Source: Synechococcus sp. (lineage in GTDB: Bacteria; Cyanobacteriota; Cyanobacteriia; PCC-6307; Cyanobiaceae). Taken from it: 64,000 bases of DNA. Shown here one piece after another: positions 1 through 9,189 of the stretch. Position 1 is the first letter of the stretch; each line of letters begins with the position of its first letter. The position numbers and the translations under genes are program-made. The stretch is taken from contig JBJBCN010000003.1 in NCBI GenBank assembly GCA_047285805.1, forward strand, positions 800,001 through 864,000, given 5' to 3'. The notes beneath the pieces are model-generated. The model did not search any database. It was not told the origin of the DNA and saw only the letters and a list, made by a program, of their open reading frames with translations.

Positions 1-1296
1 CTCTTGGTACCGGACCGGGACCTCGACGATCTTCAGGTTCAGCTTGCTGGCGCCAAAGAGCAGGTCGAAGTCTCCGAATGGGTCGAAGTCCCCGAAGTAA
101 CTGCGACCTGCCTTGAGGCGTTCGTAGTCTTCCTTCCAGATCACCTTGGTGCCGCAGAGGGTGTCCTTGAGCCGTTGGCGCAGCAACCAGGAGAAGGCGG
201 CGGCAAAGAAGCGGTTCGCCGCGGTGTTCAGCGGCGGCATCGCTTCCCAGCTGCGGGGGTAGACGAGGCGGCAGCCGTTGACGAACTCACCGCGCCCATC
301 GGCCATTGCCTGGGCGAAACGCGGCAGATCTTCTGGTCTGACTGTTAGATCGGCGTCGAGGATCATCAGCACATCCCCTTCCGCTTGATCGAAGCCGAGC
401 CAGACCGCATCGGCCTTGCCCTTGCCCGTCTGCCGGAATTTCTTCAGGCGCATAGGGCCTGGGTAGGTCGCGCAGACCCGCTCGATCTCCTCCCAGGTGT
501 TGTCGGAGGAATGCCCCTCGACAAAGATCACTTCGGTGAAACGGCCCAGTTCCGGCAGCCGTTCAATAGCCGGGGCGATGTTTCCGGCTTCGTTGCGCGC
601 CGGGATGACCACGCTGACGCTTGGGTTCTGGCGCTTTTGACGGGCGGGTCTGGCCACCATCCAGTGGGTGAGCCCTAGGTTGTCGATCAGCGGCAGTTGG
701 CTCAGCCAACGGTTGGCTAGGGGGGTGAGCAGCGGAATCTGGCGGGGGATCAGGCAGCGCTGTCCCTCCTTGAGCACCTCCCAGCTCGCGAGATCGAGCA
801 GGTTGCGGACGTCGTTGGGGGTCAGCCAGCTCTCCGGGGGCTGTGGTTGGCGCTGGCCCAGGCGTTCGGCGGTCTTCAGCAGCGGTTGCCAGAGCCAATT
901 GTGGAAACTCACCACCAGGCGGGTCCGGGGGTGGCAAAACGCCTCCAGCCGCTCCAGCACCCCCTGCACGTCCTGGAGCGTGTTCAGGGTGTTCGGCAGC
1001 AGGATCACATCGAACGGTTGGGTTTCGCCGATGGATGCCGGGGTCATGGTCTCGGCGTTGGTCGCCAGGATCCGCAGTTCGGGATGCCGCTCCCGGGCAA
1101 CAGCGGCCACCTCCGAGTCCAGCTCAATGCCAACCCCGTGGGCCGGTTGCAGGTGAGCCAGCAGGTCACCGGTGCCGCAGCCCACCTCCAGCACCCGCAG
1201 CCCCGGCGGAACCAGCAGCTGATGCAGCCGCTCGAGATCTGCGTAATAGGTGCGGTTGCGCTGGCGGAACTGCATCTGCTGGCTCGAGGTGGTCAT
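1..1296 (-). CDS. SAM-methyltransferase-like / GT2 glycosyltransferase fusion (3' end runs off the window)
   Basis: Not in the ORF track. Read manually from ATG at 1296: MTTSSQQMQFRQRNRTYY...RVLEVGCGTGDLL (SAM motif I), later SVVIPARNEAGNI (GT2 start). ATGA overlap with the upstream gene's stop. Confidence 0.85.
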   Translation of the reverse strand, partial: MTTSSQQMQFRQRNRTYYADLERLHQLLVPPGLRVLEVGCGTGDLLAHLQPAHGVGIELDSEVAAVARERHPELRILATNAETMTPASIGETQPFDVILLPNTLNTLQDVQGVLERLEAFCHPRTRLVVSFHNWLWQPLLKTAERLGQRQPQPPESWLTPNDVRNLLDLASWEVLKEGQRCLIPRQIPLLTPLANRWLSQLPLIDNLGLTHWMVARPARQKRQNPSVSVVIPARNEAGNIAPAIERLPELGRFTEVIFVEGHSSDNTWEEIERVCATYPGPMRLKKFRQTGKGKADAVWLGFDQAEGDVLMILDADLTVRPEDLPRFAQAMADGRGEFVNGCRLVYPRSWEAMPPLNTAANRFFAAAFSWLLRQRLKDTLCGTKVIWKEDYERLKAGRSYFGDFDPFGDFDLLFGASKLNLKIVEVPVRYQE

Positions 1297-3680
1297 GAAC
1301 GAAGCAGGTGGAGGGTCTGGGGCAGATCCAGGCGCAGGGCGCTGGCCACGATGCGCAGGGTTCGCAAGGTGGAGTTGTTGGGGCTCATCTTCGCTGCTTG
1401 ATCGAGCGCCACCTGGGCTTGGCCCGGCCGAAAGCGATAAAGCTCTACGACTCCGAGCCCCAGCAGGGCATTCGGATTAGAGGGGTCCAGGCTCTTGATT
1501 TGTGTCAAGGTCTGCGCTGCATCGCTGGCATGCCTTTGCAGCGCCTGGGCGAGGGCCAGGCTGTAGAGGTCGTTCAGATCACCGGGATCGCCCTGGAGTC
1601 GTGCCCGCAGGATGGACTCGGCGTCGGCCAAATAGATCTGCTCGGGGTCACTCTGGTTGATCTGACCGACCTTGGAGAAGAGGCTGGCCAGTTCCCCGCG
1701 GCGCAGCTGGCCCCCGAGGCCGCGCAGCAAGGCGACACGGTTGGCGGCCAGGACGCCGGGCTCCTGGGTCCCAGCTTGTAGGTCAAGCGTGGTGCTCCGC
1801 GGCAGCGGGATGGATCGCCGCTTGCCGTTGGCCTCGAGCAGTTGCAGTTGGGGGCTCCAGCTCCCGCCGTTGTTGCTGAACGCGAGCTCCTGCTGGACGG
1901 TGGCGCAGCCTTGGGGCAACCGCAGCAGGCCTTGGCCGAGGGCCTGGTCCGCTTCAAGCCGTTGCCCGGCTTGCTCCAGGGTGACCAGCAGGCGGGAATC
2001 CTGAAGAACGGCGCTCGGGCCGGAGACCTGGATGTCCAGGCCACCTGGAATAGCGGTGATGGCTCCGCTGAGCTGACCGGAGCAACGAACCGGGGTGGTG
2101 CTGACGCTGACGGATTGGCGGCGCAGCAGCTGGGCCTCACTGCCATCGGGGAGGGGCCAGCTCTTCACTGGTTTGAACGCGGCAGAGCCCTGCAGCAGTT
2201 CGGCTTGGCGCGCCTGCCGTTCATCGCTCATTACCCCCTGGTCGCCCCCTTTGCTGAGGAACCAGTCGAAGTTGCTGAGTTCCTCTTCGAGTCGATCCTT
2301 CGGGGCCACGGTCTGGCGGGCGGCCACGCGGAACTGCTGGCGCCGCCCCTCGGCCTCGAGGTTGAAGGCATTCAGCCCTTCGCTGTCGGGCAGCACGGCC
2401 AGGGTGGAGAGCTGGTTGGGACTGGTCTCGCGGACCGTCGCCACGATCGCCTCAAGGGGCCAGCCCCCCTGGGGGTTCGGGCGATGGGGCGGAAAGCTGC
2501 TCAGCTTTGGCCCCCAGCCGAATTGGCTCCAGAGCGCTCCGAGCAGGGCGACGAGCACCAGTGCGGCCTGCCAAACGGGGGCCCAGCGGCGCTCGACGCT
2601 GGCCACCACCAGTCCCAGCCCTAAGGCCAGCTGGGGAAGTAGGGGCAGGACAAAACGAAAGTCCTTGCTGGTCATGAGGATGCACACCAGCAGGCCCCCC
2701 AGCGGAAAGCTCAACCACCAGAGCAGCCAGGCCTTGTCTGCCTTGATTGACGGTCTGCGCTGCACCAGGGCGATGACTCCGCCCACCAGCACTAGAGCCG
2801 TCAGGCTGCTCCCCAGCATCGCCGGCAGCAACTTCAAGTAGTAGAGCCAGCCCTCCAGGCTGTTGGCCTCCAATCCGTCTTGGTAGGCGACCCCCCACTG
2901 GCGGGCCTTGTTGATGGTGCTCAGGATCGTCAGCCAGTTTTGGCTGAACCAGGGCCAGACCAGCAGCCAGGCGATCAGTCCCCCGGTCGCCCCCTCGGCG
3001 AGCGGACGCCAATGGCCGCGGAGCGCCTTGCGCAGGCCGCCGACAAGTAGCAGCACCAGCGGCAGCCAGAGCAGAACGAGCCCTGTGGGCCGGGTCAGTG
3101 CCACGAGCCCAAGGCCGATGCCGCTGAGCACGGACCAGAGCCAGCGCTGCTGGCGGGCGAACCAGCGCCGCTGGCTGAGCACCCACCAGCCGGCGGTCAT
3201 CAGTGCCGTCAGGCTCAGATCAATCAGGTAGTCGGTGCGTTGGTTGAGCAACGCGGGTGCGGCCGCGACAAACAGCGCCGCCCAGAGCCCCGCGCGGCGG
3301 CTGTGCAGTTGGCGCCCCAGGCCGTAGCAGCTCAGCAGCAGGATCCCGTTGAAGACCGCGCCGGAGGCCATCGCACTGCTGAAGCTCGGCCCGAGCAGCT
3401 GCAGAACGGGGGCGCTGAGCACGTAGGTCAGCGGGCCCCTATAGCTGGGTGCCTGGTCCCACAGGGTGTGCCACCAGCCGCCGCTCCAGGGGGCCGGCTG
3501 GCTGAGCACTTGCCAGACACCTAGGGCGCGGCTGAGGTGATCCCCTTGGTCCCAGGCCGGCGGGGCCTGGTGCTGCTGAATCCAGAGGCCATCCAGCAGC
3601 AGAGAGATCAGCCAGAGGGCCAGCAGCAGAAGGCCATCACGCCGGTTCAGTTTCCGCTGGGGCTGCGTACCAAGGTCCAT
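1293..3680 (-). CDS. GT-C fold (PMT/ArnT-like) membrane glycosyltransferase with C-terminal TPR-like repeats
   Basis: 795 aa with many TM segments; PPAWDQGDH loop after TM1, KDFRFVLPLLP motif, C-terminal TPR-like helices (DPSNPNALLGLG). Confidence 0.75.
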   Translation of the reverse strand: MDLGTQPQRKLNRRDGLLLLALWLISLLLDGLWIQQHQAPPAWDQGDHLSRALGVWQVLSQPAPWSGGWWHTLWDQAPSYRGPLTYVLSAPVLQLLGPSFSSAMASGAVFNGILLLSCYGLGRQLHSRRAGLWAALFVAAAPALLNQRTDYLIDLSLTALMTAGWWVLSQRRWFARQQRWLWSVLSGIGLGLVALTRPTGLVLLWLPLVLLLVGGLRKALRGHWRPLAEGATGGLIAWLLVWPWFSQNWLTILSTINKARQWGVAYQDGLEANSLEGWLYYLKLLPAMLGSSLTALVLVGGVIALVQRRPSIKADKAWLLWWLSFPLGGLLVCILMTSKDFRFVLPLLPQLALGLGLVVASVERRWAPVWQAALVLVALLGALWSQFGWGPKLSSFPPHRPNPQGGWPLEAIVATVRETSPNQLSTLAVLPDSEGLNAFNLEAEGRRQQFRVAARQTVAPKDRLEEELSNFDWFLSKGGDQGVMSDERQARQAELLQGSAAFKPVKSWPLPDGSEAQLLRRQSVSVSTTPVRCSGQLSGAITAIPGGLDIQVSGPSAVLQDSRLLVTLEQAGQRLEADQALGQGLLRLPQGCATVQQELAFSNNGGSWSPQLQLLEANGKRRSIPLPRSTTLDLQAGTQEPGVLAANRVALLRGLGGQLRRGELASLFSKVGQINQSDPEQIYLADAESILRARLQGDPGDLNDLYSLALAQALQRHASDAAQTLTQIKSLDPSNPNALLGLGVVELYRFRPGQAQVALDQAAKMSPNNSTLRTLRIVASALRLDLPQTLHLLRS

Positions 3681-5233
3681 GGGGCCAGATCATCGCCCGA
3701 GGCCAGGGGAATGAGGTCTCGATTGGCCGAATCCTGCAGGGCCGATGCCTCGATCCAGGCCAAAGCGCCGGGGGCGAGGTCTTGCGCGCTCTTGAGCTTG
3801 GGACCGAGCTGCGGTGTTCCCAGGGCGACGAGGATCAATTGGGCATGGGCCTGGCCGCTCAAGGAGCCCTGGCTGATTACCGCCACCGGTTCGGCGGCCA
3901 GCAGCGCAGGCAGCTCACCAGTGCTCAGGGCTTGGCGCACGGCGGGAGAACGATCACTAAAGAGGCCGCCCTGCACTAGCAGGCTGAGGGCCAGCCAGGG
4001 ACCGATCAAGATGGCGGCGAGGACGCGTTTTTGGCTCTGTTGTTGGGGCAGCAGGGCCCAGCTCAGGCCGAGCACCAGGGTCGCCAGCCCCACCAGCGCG
4101 GGCGTCAGGGGCGGCATCTCGAGGTTGAGCAGGTTGCCGGGGAACAGCATGAGCACCCCGGCAAGGCTCAGCAGAACGCCGAGGCCCGCCAGGAACCAGG
4201 CGATGGCCCGCGGCCGAGCAATCCCGGTTCGCACGAAGAGACGCAAGCCGCTGGCGGCCCAGATCGCCAGAAACGGCGTGAGCTGCAGGCCGTAGTACGG
4301 GGTCTTGGTGCGGAAGCAACTAAGCAGCAGCAGCAGGCTGAGTGGATAGACGAGTAAAAGCAGCCCCTCCTCGGAGCGCCAGCGCTTCAGGCCCCACGCA
4401 AGTCCAGCAATGGCCACCAGGCTCCAGGGAGCGCAGTTCGCCGGAATGTTCCACATGTAATACAAGGGCCCGGCGCTGTAGATGTCGCTTTCGGAGAGGA
4501 AGAGCAATTTGTCCAGCAGTCCGCCGACCACGCCGGCGCCGTAGTGCTGCAGGCTCAAACCCAGCCAGAGCGCCACGGGGAGCCAACCCAGCAGCAGTCC
4601 GGACCAGAAGGCCGGAGCGCGCAGCAGGAACCGTCGCTTGAGCAGTAGGAAGGGCAGCAGGGCGAGGACCGGCAGGGCGGTCATGAAGCCCTTAATCAAG
4701 AATGCTGGCCCCAGCCAGATCCCTGCGGCGATCTGCCAACCGCGTGAGGCGTGGGGCTGGGCCTGCAGCAGGGCCCACATCCCGAGCAGCTCGAGGGCCA
4801 GCAGGGGCATGTCCTGGCTGGCGAGGTGGGCGTAGTTAATAAAGAGAGGAGTGAGCGCCAAAAGGGCTGCACTCAGCCAACCCAGGCCTGGGCCGAGCAA
4901 ACGAGAGGCCAGGCGTCCGGTGAGCCAGAGCGCCAGACCTGCCGCAAGCAGGGATGGCAGGTGTGCCGCCCAGCTGCTGGGTCCTAAGAGGGTCTGGGCG
5001 CTGGCGATCAGCCACTGGACGCCGATGGTGCGATCAAACAGGGGTTGGTCCCACCAGAGGGGCGCCAGCCACTGGCCGCTCTCTTGGATCCAGCGGGCCT
5101 GCAGGGCGTAGTACCCCTCGTCGTGGGCCAGGTCGCTGCGTGGCGCAACGCTGATCAACAGCGGCAGGAAGGGCAGCCACCGAAAACTAGACCTTCGGTA
5201 TCCGTTGCTACGTGTCATTGCTGTTTGTGGCAC
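3647..5233 (-). CDS. ArnT/PMT_2-family (GT-C) glycosyltransferase; start codon uncertain
   Basis: HDEGYY motif, AFLIKG, KTPYYGL, multiple TM helices. Confidence 0.8.
   Translation of the reverse strand: MPQTAMTRSNGYRRSSFRWLPFLPLLISVAPRSDLAHDEGYYALQARWIQESGQWLAPLWWDQPLFDRTIGVQWLIASAQTLLGPSSWAAHLPSLLAAGLALWLTGRLASRLLGPGLGWLSAALLALTPLFINYAHLASQDMPLLALELLGMWALLQAQPHASRGWQIAAGIWLGPAFLIKGFMTALPVLALLPFLLLKRRFLLRAPAFWSGLLLGWLPVALWLGLSLQHYGAGVVGGLLDKLLFLSESDIYSAGPLYYMWNIPANCAPWSLVAIAGLAWGLKRWRSEEGLLLLVYPLSLLLLLSCFRTKTPYYGLQLTPFLAIWAASGLRLFVRTGIARPRAIAWFLAGLGVLLSLAGVLMLFPGNLLNLEMPPLTPALVGLATLVLGLSWALLPQQQSQKRVLAAILIGPWLALSLLVQGGLFSDRSPAVRQALSTGELPALLAAEPVAVISQGSLSGQAHAQLILVALGTPQLGPKLKSAQDLAPGALAWIEASALQDSANRDLIPLASGDDLAPWTLVRSPSGN
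5198..5211 (+). promoter_or_regulatory. Putative NtcA binding site
   Basis: GTATCCGTTGCTAC fits GTA-N8-TAC, about 105 nt upstream of the porin ATG. Confidence 0.4.
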
Positions 5234-5302
5234 ATGACCGCTTCTCGGGCCCCTTCGAGGCCTTGATCATCACAAAGAGGCCTTGTGCCTCAATCCTCTA
5301 TT

Positions 5303-5312
5303 GGTGTGAGGA
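5303..5312 (+). promoter_or_regulatory. Yfr1-type sRNA target site / RBS of the porin mRNA
   Basis: GGTGTGAGGA just upstream of the ATG; complementary to the conserved Yfr1 core (ACUCCUCACAC). som porins are described Yfr1 targets. Confidence 0.65.
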
Positions 5313-5315
5313 CCA

Positions 5316-6908
5316 ATGAAACTGTTCCAGAAGCTTCTTCTGGCGCCTGCAGCACTGGGCCTTCTGGCTCCTGTCGCTGCAAACGCCGCTGACGTCAACA
5401 TTGCTGGCCTGAGCCAGTACGGCGTCGAAGAGCAGGTGACTTCGATCACCCAGTTCTCCGACGTGCAGCCCACCGACTGGGCTTATCAGGCACTGAGCAA
5501 CCTGATCGAGCGCTACGGCTGCGTCGCTGGTTACCCCAACGGCACCTATCGCGGCAACCGTGCGATGACCCGCTATGAAGCGGCCGCACTGCTGAACGCT
5601 TGCCTCGACCGGATCACTGAGGTGACTGACGAGCTCAAGCGCCTGATGAAGGAATTCGAGCGTGAGCTGGCTGTGCTCCGCGGCCGCGTTGATGGCCTCG
5701 AGGCCCGCGTCGGCGAACTGGAAGCTACTCAGTTCTCCACCACCACCAAGTTGCGTGGTCTGGCCACCTTCGTTGTGGGTGCTAACAGCTTCACCGGAAC
5801 CAGCCCCAACGTTGATACCAACAAGGATTCGCTGGGCGCTACCACCTTCAACTACGACCTGCGCCTGATCCTCGACACCAGCTTCACTGGTAAGGATCTG
5901 CTTCGCACTGTCCTGCGTGCTGGCGACTTCGATGGCTCCGCTTATTTCAGCGGCCTGACTGCTCTCGAGACTGCTTTCCAGTCTCCTGCAGCTGACGACG
6001 TCGTTTCCATCAAGCGTCTCTTCTACAACTTCCCCGTTGGCGACGACTTCAGCGTCACTGCTGGTGCAACCGTCCGTGTGGATGACGCCGGCATGCTCGG
6101 CATGTGGCCCAGCGTCTATCCCGCTGACACCGTTCTCGACTTCTTCACCTACGCCGGTGCTCCTGGCGCATATGACCTCGATGGTCTGGGTGCAGGTTTC
6201 GGTGCCACCTACAACAATGTTCTGGGCTTCGAGGGTGTCACCCTGTCCAGTAACTACGTCTCAATCAACGGTGACGAAGGAACTGCAGGTCTGATGACCG
6301 ACAGCTCCAGCTCTGTGAGCGTCTCTCAGCTCGGCTACACCGGCGGAGAGTTCCCCGTCATCGGTGGTAGCGCTTGGGGTGCAGCTGTGGCTTACACCTA
6401 CAGCCAGAACAACTCTCTGTTCATCGCGACTCCGCTGGCTGGCTCTATGGGAGCTACCGGTGCCACTAACAGCTTCGGCTTGAGCGGCTACTGGGTCCCC
6501 GAGAGCACCGGCTGGATTCCTTCAGTCAGCACCGGTTGGGGCACCAGCTCTTTCCAAGATGCCGGCTATCGCACCGACACCTTCGCCAAGGCCCAGTCTT
6601 GGTACGTCGGTCTGCAATGGCCTGATACCTTCGTCGCTGGTAACGACCTGGGCATGGCTGTTGGTCAGGCTCCCTTCGTGACCAGCACTGGCTACGGCGC
6701 TGTGGAAGGTCCTAAGACGCCTCTGGACTCCAACTACATGTGGGAGTGGTGGTACAAGTTCCAGGTGACCGACAACATCACTGTCACCCCGGCTCTGTAC
6801 TACATCCAGAACTACGAAGGCCAGAACGGCCGTGTTTCCACCAACGGCAACATGGACGCCTCCAACAATGTCTTCGGCGGCCTGCTGAAGACCACCTTCA
6901 AGTTCTGA
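5316..6908 (+). CDS. som: Cyanobacterial outer-membrane porin with SLH domain (Som / iron-uptake porin family)
   Basis: MKLFQKLLLAPAALGLL signal peptide, FSDVQPTDWAYQAL SLH motif, coiled coil, QFSTTTKL, C-terminal KTTFKF. Confidence 0.95.
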   Translation: MKLFQKLLLAPAALGLLAPVAANAADVNIAGLSQYGVEEQVTSITQFSDVQPTDWAYQALSNLIERYGCVAGYPNGTYRGNRAMTRYEAAALLNACLDRITEVTDELKRLMKEFERELAVLRGRVDGLEARVGELEATQFSTTTKLRGLATFVVGANSFTGTSPNVDTNKDSLGATTFNYDLRLILDTSFTGKDLLRTVLRAGDFDGSAYFSGLTALETAFQSPAADDVVSIKRLFYNFPVGDDFSVTAGATVRVDDAGMLGMWPSVYPADTVLDFFTYAGAPGAYDLDGLGAGFGATYNNVLGFEGVTLSSNYVSINGDEGTAGLMTDSSSSVSVSQLGYTGGEFPVIGGSAWGAAVAYTYSQNNSLFIATPLAGSMGATGATNSFGLSGYWVPESTGWIPSVSTGWGTSSFQDAGYRTDTFAKAQSWYVGLQWPDTFVAGNDLGMAVGQAPFVTSTGYGAVEGPKTPLDSNYMWEWWYKFQVTDNITVTPALYYIQNYEGQNGRVSTNGNMDASNNVFGGLLKTTFKF

Positions 6909-6920
6909 TCCAGAACAGCT

Positions 6921-6948
6921 AGGGCTCTCTCCTCACACCTAGAGCCCT
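6921..6948 (+). ncRNA. Hairpin presenting a Yfr1-like motif in its loop (candidate 3'UTR element or sRNA)
   Basis: AGGGCTCT-[CTCCTCACACCT]-AGAGCCCT, perfect 8-bp stem. Confidence 0.5.
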
Positions 6949-6962
6949 TTTTGACCTCGTTC

Positions 6963-6990
6963 AACCCCGGCTTCGGCCGGGGTTTTTTAT
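6963..6990 (+). terminator. Rho-independent terminator of the porin
   Basis: AACCCCGGC-TTCG-GCCGGGGTT followed by a T-run. Confidence 0.9.
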
Positions 6991-7240
6991 TGCTTAGTGC
7001 TTCGACTTGCTGGTGGTGTTCCTGTTGAACTGAACTGTCTTTTGGTGGTTCAAGGATGTTCGAAAAAGCTTTTTCATGAAGTTCGTGGTTCGCTTCTGCG
7101 GTGGGCATTGGGTCTTTTTTTAGTCCTCTCGCGATATCTGAGGGGGTAGATAATTTGACTTGGGGTATCTCGAAAGGTCTGGGTCGCTCTAGTCGCGCGG
7201 CCTTGATCCTTGAGGATGGGATCACCCCCGTCTGCGTTGC

Positions 7241-7927
7241 ATGGCCCAGTCCGTCCGCGATCCCTATCTGGTGCTCGGTGTGGCGGCGACAGCCAGTGGC
7301 GCCGAGATCAAGGCGGCCTACCGGTCCCTGGTGAAACAGCATCACCCCGATGCCGGCGGAGATGAAGAGGCGATCCTGGCGATCAACGCGGCCTGGGAGG
7401 TGCTGGGGGATCGCGAGCGCCGAGCCGAGCATGACCGCCATCGCGCCTTCAGCAGTCATCAGGCCACTGTGCGCTCTGCCGCCGCCGGTCAAGCCGCCCG
7501 CAAGGCAACGGCGGAATCGGCCCGAGGTGATGAGGCGCTGCTGGTTTGGCTGCAGACGGTCTACGCGCCGATTGATCGTTTGCTGGGTCAGGTCATCAAT
7601 CCCTTCCCCGCCGAATTCAAGGCGCTCTCCGCCGATCCCTATGACGATCAGCTCATGGAGGCCTTCTGTGCCTACATCGAGCAGAGCCAAGCCAAGCTCG
7701 AGAAAGTGGAGACGCTTTACCGCTCCATGGCTGCACCGGCCTCAGCCCAGGGCTTCAGCCTCAGCGTTTACCACTGCCTCTCCCAGGTCAAAGACGCCGT
7801 GGTCGAACTGGAGCGCTACACGATGGGCTATGTCGACAACTACCTCCACGACGGCCGCGAGATGTTGCGGGAAGCCAAGCAACGGCGTACCCGGCTCCAG
7901 GCGGAGCGCCGTCGGCTGGACCTTTAG
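7241..7927 (+). CDS. J-domain (DnaJ-type) protein
   Basis: DPYLVLGV...IKAAYRSLVKQHHPD (HPD motif). Confidence 0.9.
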   Translation: MAQSVRDPYLVLGVAATASGAEIKAAYRSLVKQHHPDAGGDEEAILAINAAWEVLGDRERRAEHDRHRAFSSHQATVRSAAAGQAARKATAESARGDEALLVWLQTVYAPIDRLLGQVINPFPAEFKALSADPYDDQLMEAFCAYIEQSQAKLEKVETLYRSMAAPASAQGFSLSVYHCLSQVKDAVVELERYTMGYVDNYLHDGREMLREAKQRRTRLQAERRRLDL

Positions 7928-8169
7928 TTAAAGGCTTCCAGCTGATCGATCCGCAGCCAGATGTCGGGCACCGGCCGGCGGTAACGCAGTTGGGCGTAGT
8001 CCCCTTTGACGAGGAGTACTTCAGCGGGGCCTTCGAAGAGGTAGTCCGGCGCGGTGGTGTCGCTGGCTTTGGACTCCAGGCTGCCGCTGTAGGCCGCGCG
8101 ATTCAACTTCACCAGGGCGCCTTTCTTGATGGCGGCGGCCGCGGGTTTGCTGGCGGGCGCTTCGGCCAT
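7924..8169 (-). CDS. ndhO: NAD(P)H-quinone oxidoreductase subunit O
   Basis: C-terminal part of the track ORF 7924..9102; IKKGALVK...ASDTTAPDYLFEGPAEVL...PVPDIWLRIDQLE. ATG at 8169. Confidence 0.9.
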   Translation of the reverse strand: MAEAPASKPAAAAIKKGALVKLNRAAYSGSLESKASDTTAPDYLFEGPAEVLLVKGDYAQLRYRRPVPDIWLRIDQLEAFN

Positions 8170-8259
8170 GGCAACGAGGTCGGGTAGCCGACAGGCTAGT
8201 TCCCGCTCTGAGATCCAGAGGCTCCCTAGCCTTTGTTCCAGTTGAAGGGCTCTGGGCGC

Positions 8260-9189
8260 GTGCGGATTCTGCTGGTGGGGTGCACTGGTTTTGTGGGTCG
8301 GGCTCTCGTGCCCCAGCTGCTTGCGTCGGGCTACCAGTTGGTGCTGATCAGTCGCTCCAGTGCTCCTCTTGCGGCCGTGCAGTCCCCCCAACTCCAGTGC
8401 CTTCAGGCGGATCCCGCTAAGGCGGCCACCTGGCAGCTCCCCGCCGTGCAAGAGGCCCTGGCCACAAGCGAGGCGGTGATCAACCTGGCCGGTGAGCCCA
8501 TCGCGGAGAAGCGCTGGAGCGATGCCCACCGGGCCCTGCTCAGCAGCAGTCGCATCCACACCACCCGTGCTCTGGTGGCCGCCATGCAGGCGTTGCCCGA
8601 GGGCAAGCGACCCCAGACCCTGATCAGTGGCTCGGCCATCGGCTACTACGGCACCAGCGAGACCGGGCGCTTCAGCGAGACCAGCCCCGCCGGTTCCGAC
8701 TTCCTGGCGGGTCTCTGCCAAGCCTGGGAGCAGGAGGCCCAGGCGGCCTCGGCCTTCGCCCGCGTCGTGATTCTGCGGATCGGGATTGTTCTTGGCGCGG
8801 ATGGCGGCGCCCTCGGCAAGATGTTGCCGGTCTTTCGGATGGGCTTCGGCGGTCCGATTGGCAACGGCCAGCAGTGGATGAGCTGGATTACGCGCTATGA
8901 CCTCTGCAGGCTGATTGGCGAAGCTCTCAGCAAGCCGGCCTACCAAGGCACTTACAACGCTGTGGCGCCATCTCCGTGCAGCATGGCCAATTTCGCGGCC
9001 GCCCTGGGTCAGGCCCTCGGCCGCCCCAGCCTGCTGCCGGTGCCCGCGCCGATCCTGCACCTCCTGCTTGGCGATGGCGCCAAGGTGGTGCTCGAGGGGC
9101 AACAGGTTCTGCCGGCGCGCCTGCAGCAGCAGGGCTTTGTCTTTGAAGACGCCGAGCTCAGCGCTGCTCTCGCCCGCGCCACCACTTGA
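8260..9189 (+). CDS. TIGR01777/YfcH-family NAD-dependent epimerase-like oxidoreductase
   Basis: GCTGFVG Rossmann motif, INLAGEPI, SAIGYYG, GGPIGNGQQWMSWI; GTG start at 8260. Confidence 0.9.
   Translation: MRILLVGCTGFVGRALVPQLLASGYQLVLISRSSAPLAAVQSPQLQCLQADPAKAATWQLPAVQEALATSEAVINLAGEPIAEKRWSDAHRALLSSSRIHTTRALVAAMQALPEGKRPQTLISGSAIGYYGTSETGRFSETSPAGSDFLAGLCQAWEQEAQAASAFARVVILRIGIVLGADGGALGKMLPVFRMGFGGPIGNGQQWMSWITRYDLCRLIGEALSKPAYQGTYNAVAPSPCSMANFAAALGQALGRPSLLPVPAPILHLLLGDGAKVVLEGQQVLPARLQQQGFVFEDAELSAALARATT

Noticed and set aside
6991..7240. AT-rich spacer with a possible minus-strand ORF (part of 6812..7690)
   Set aside because: The frame runs across the terminator and two real genes and has no coding signature.
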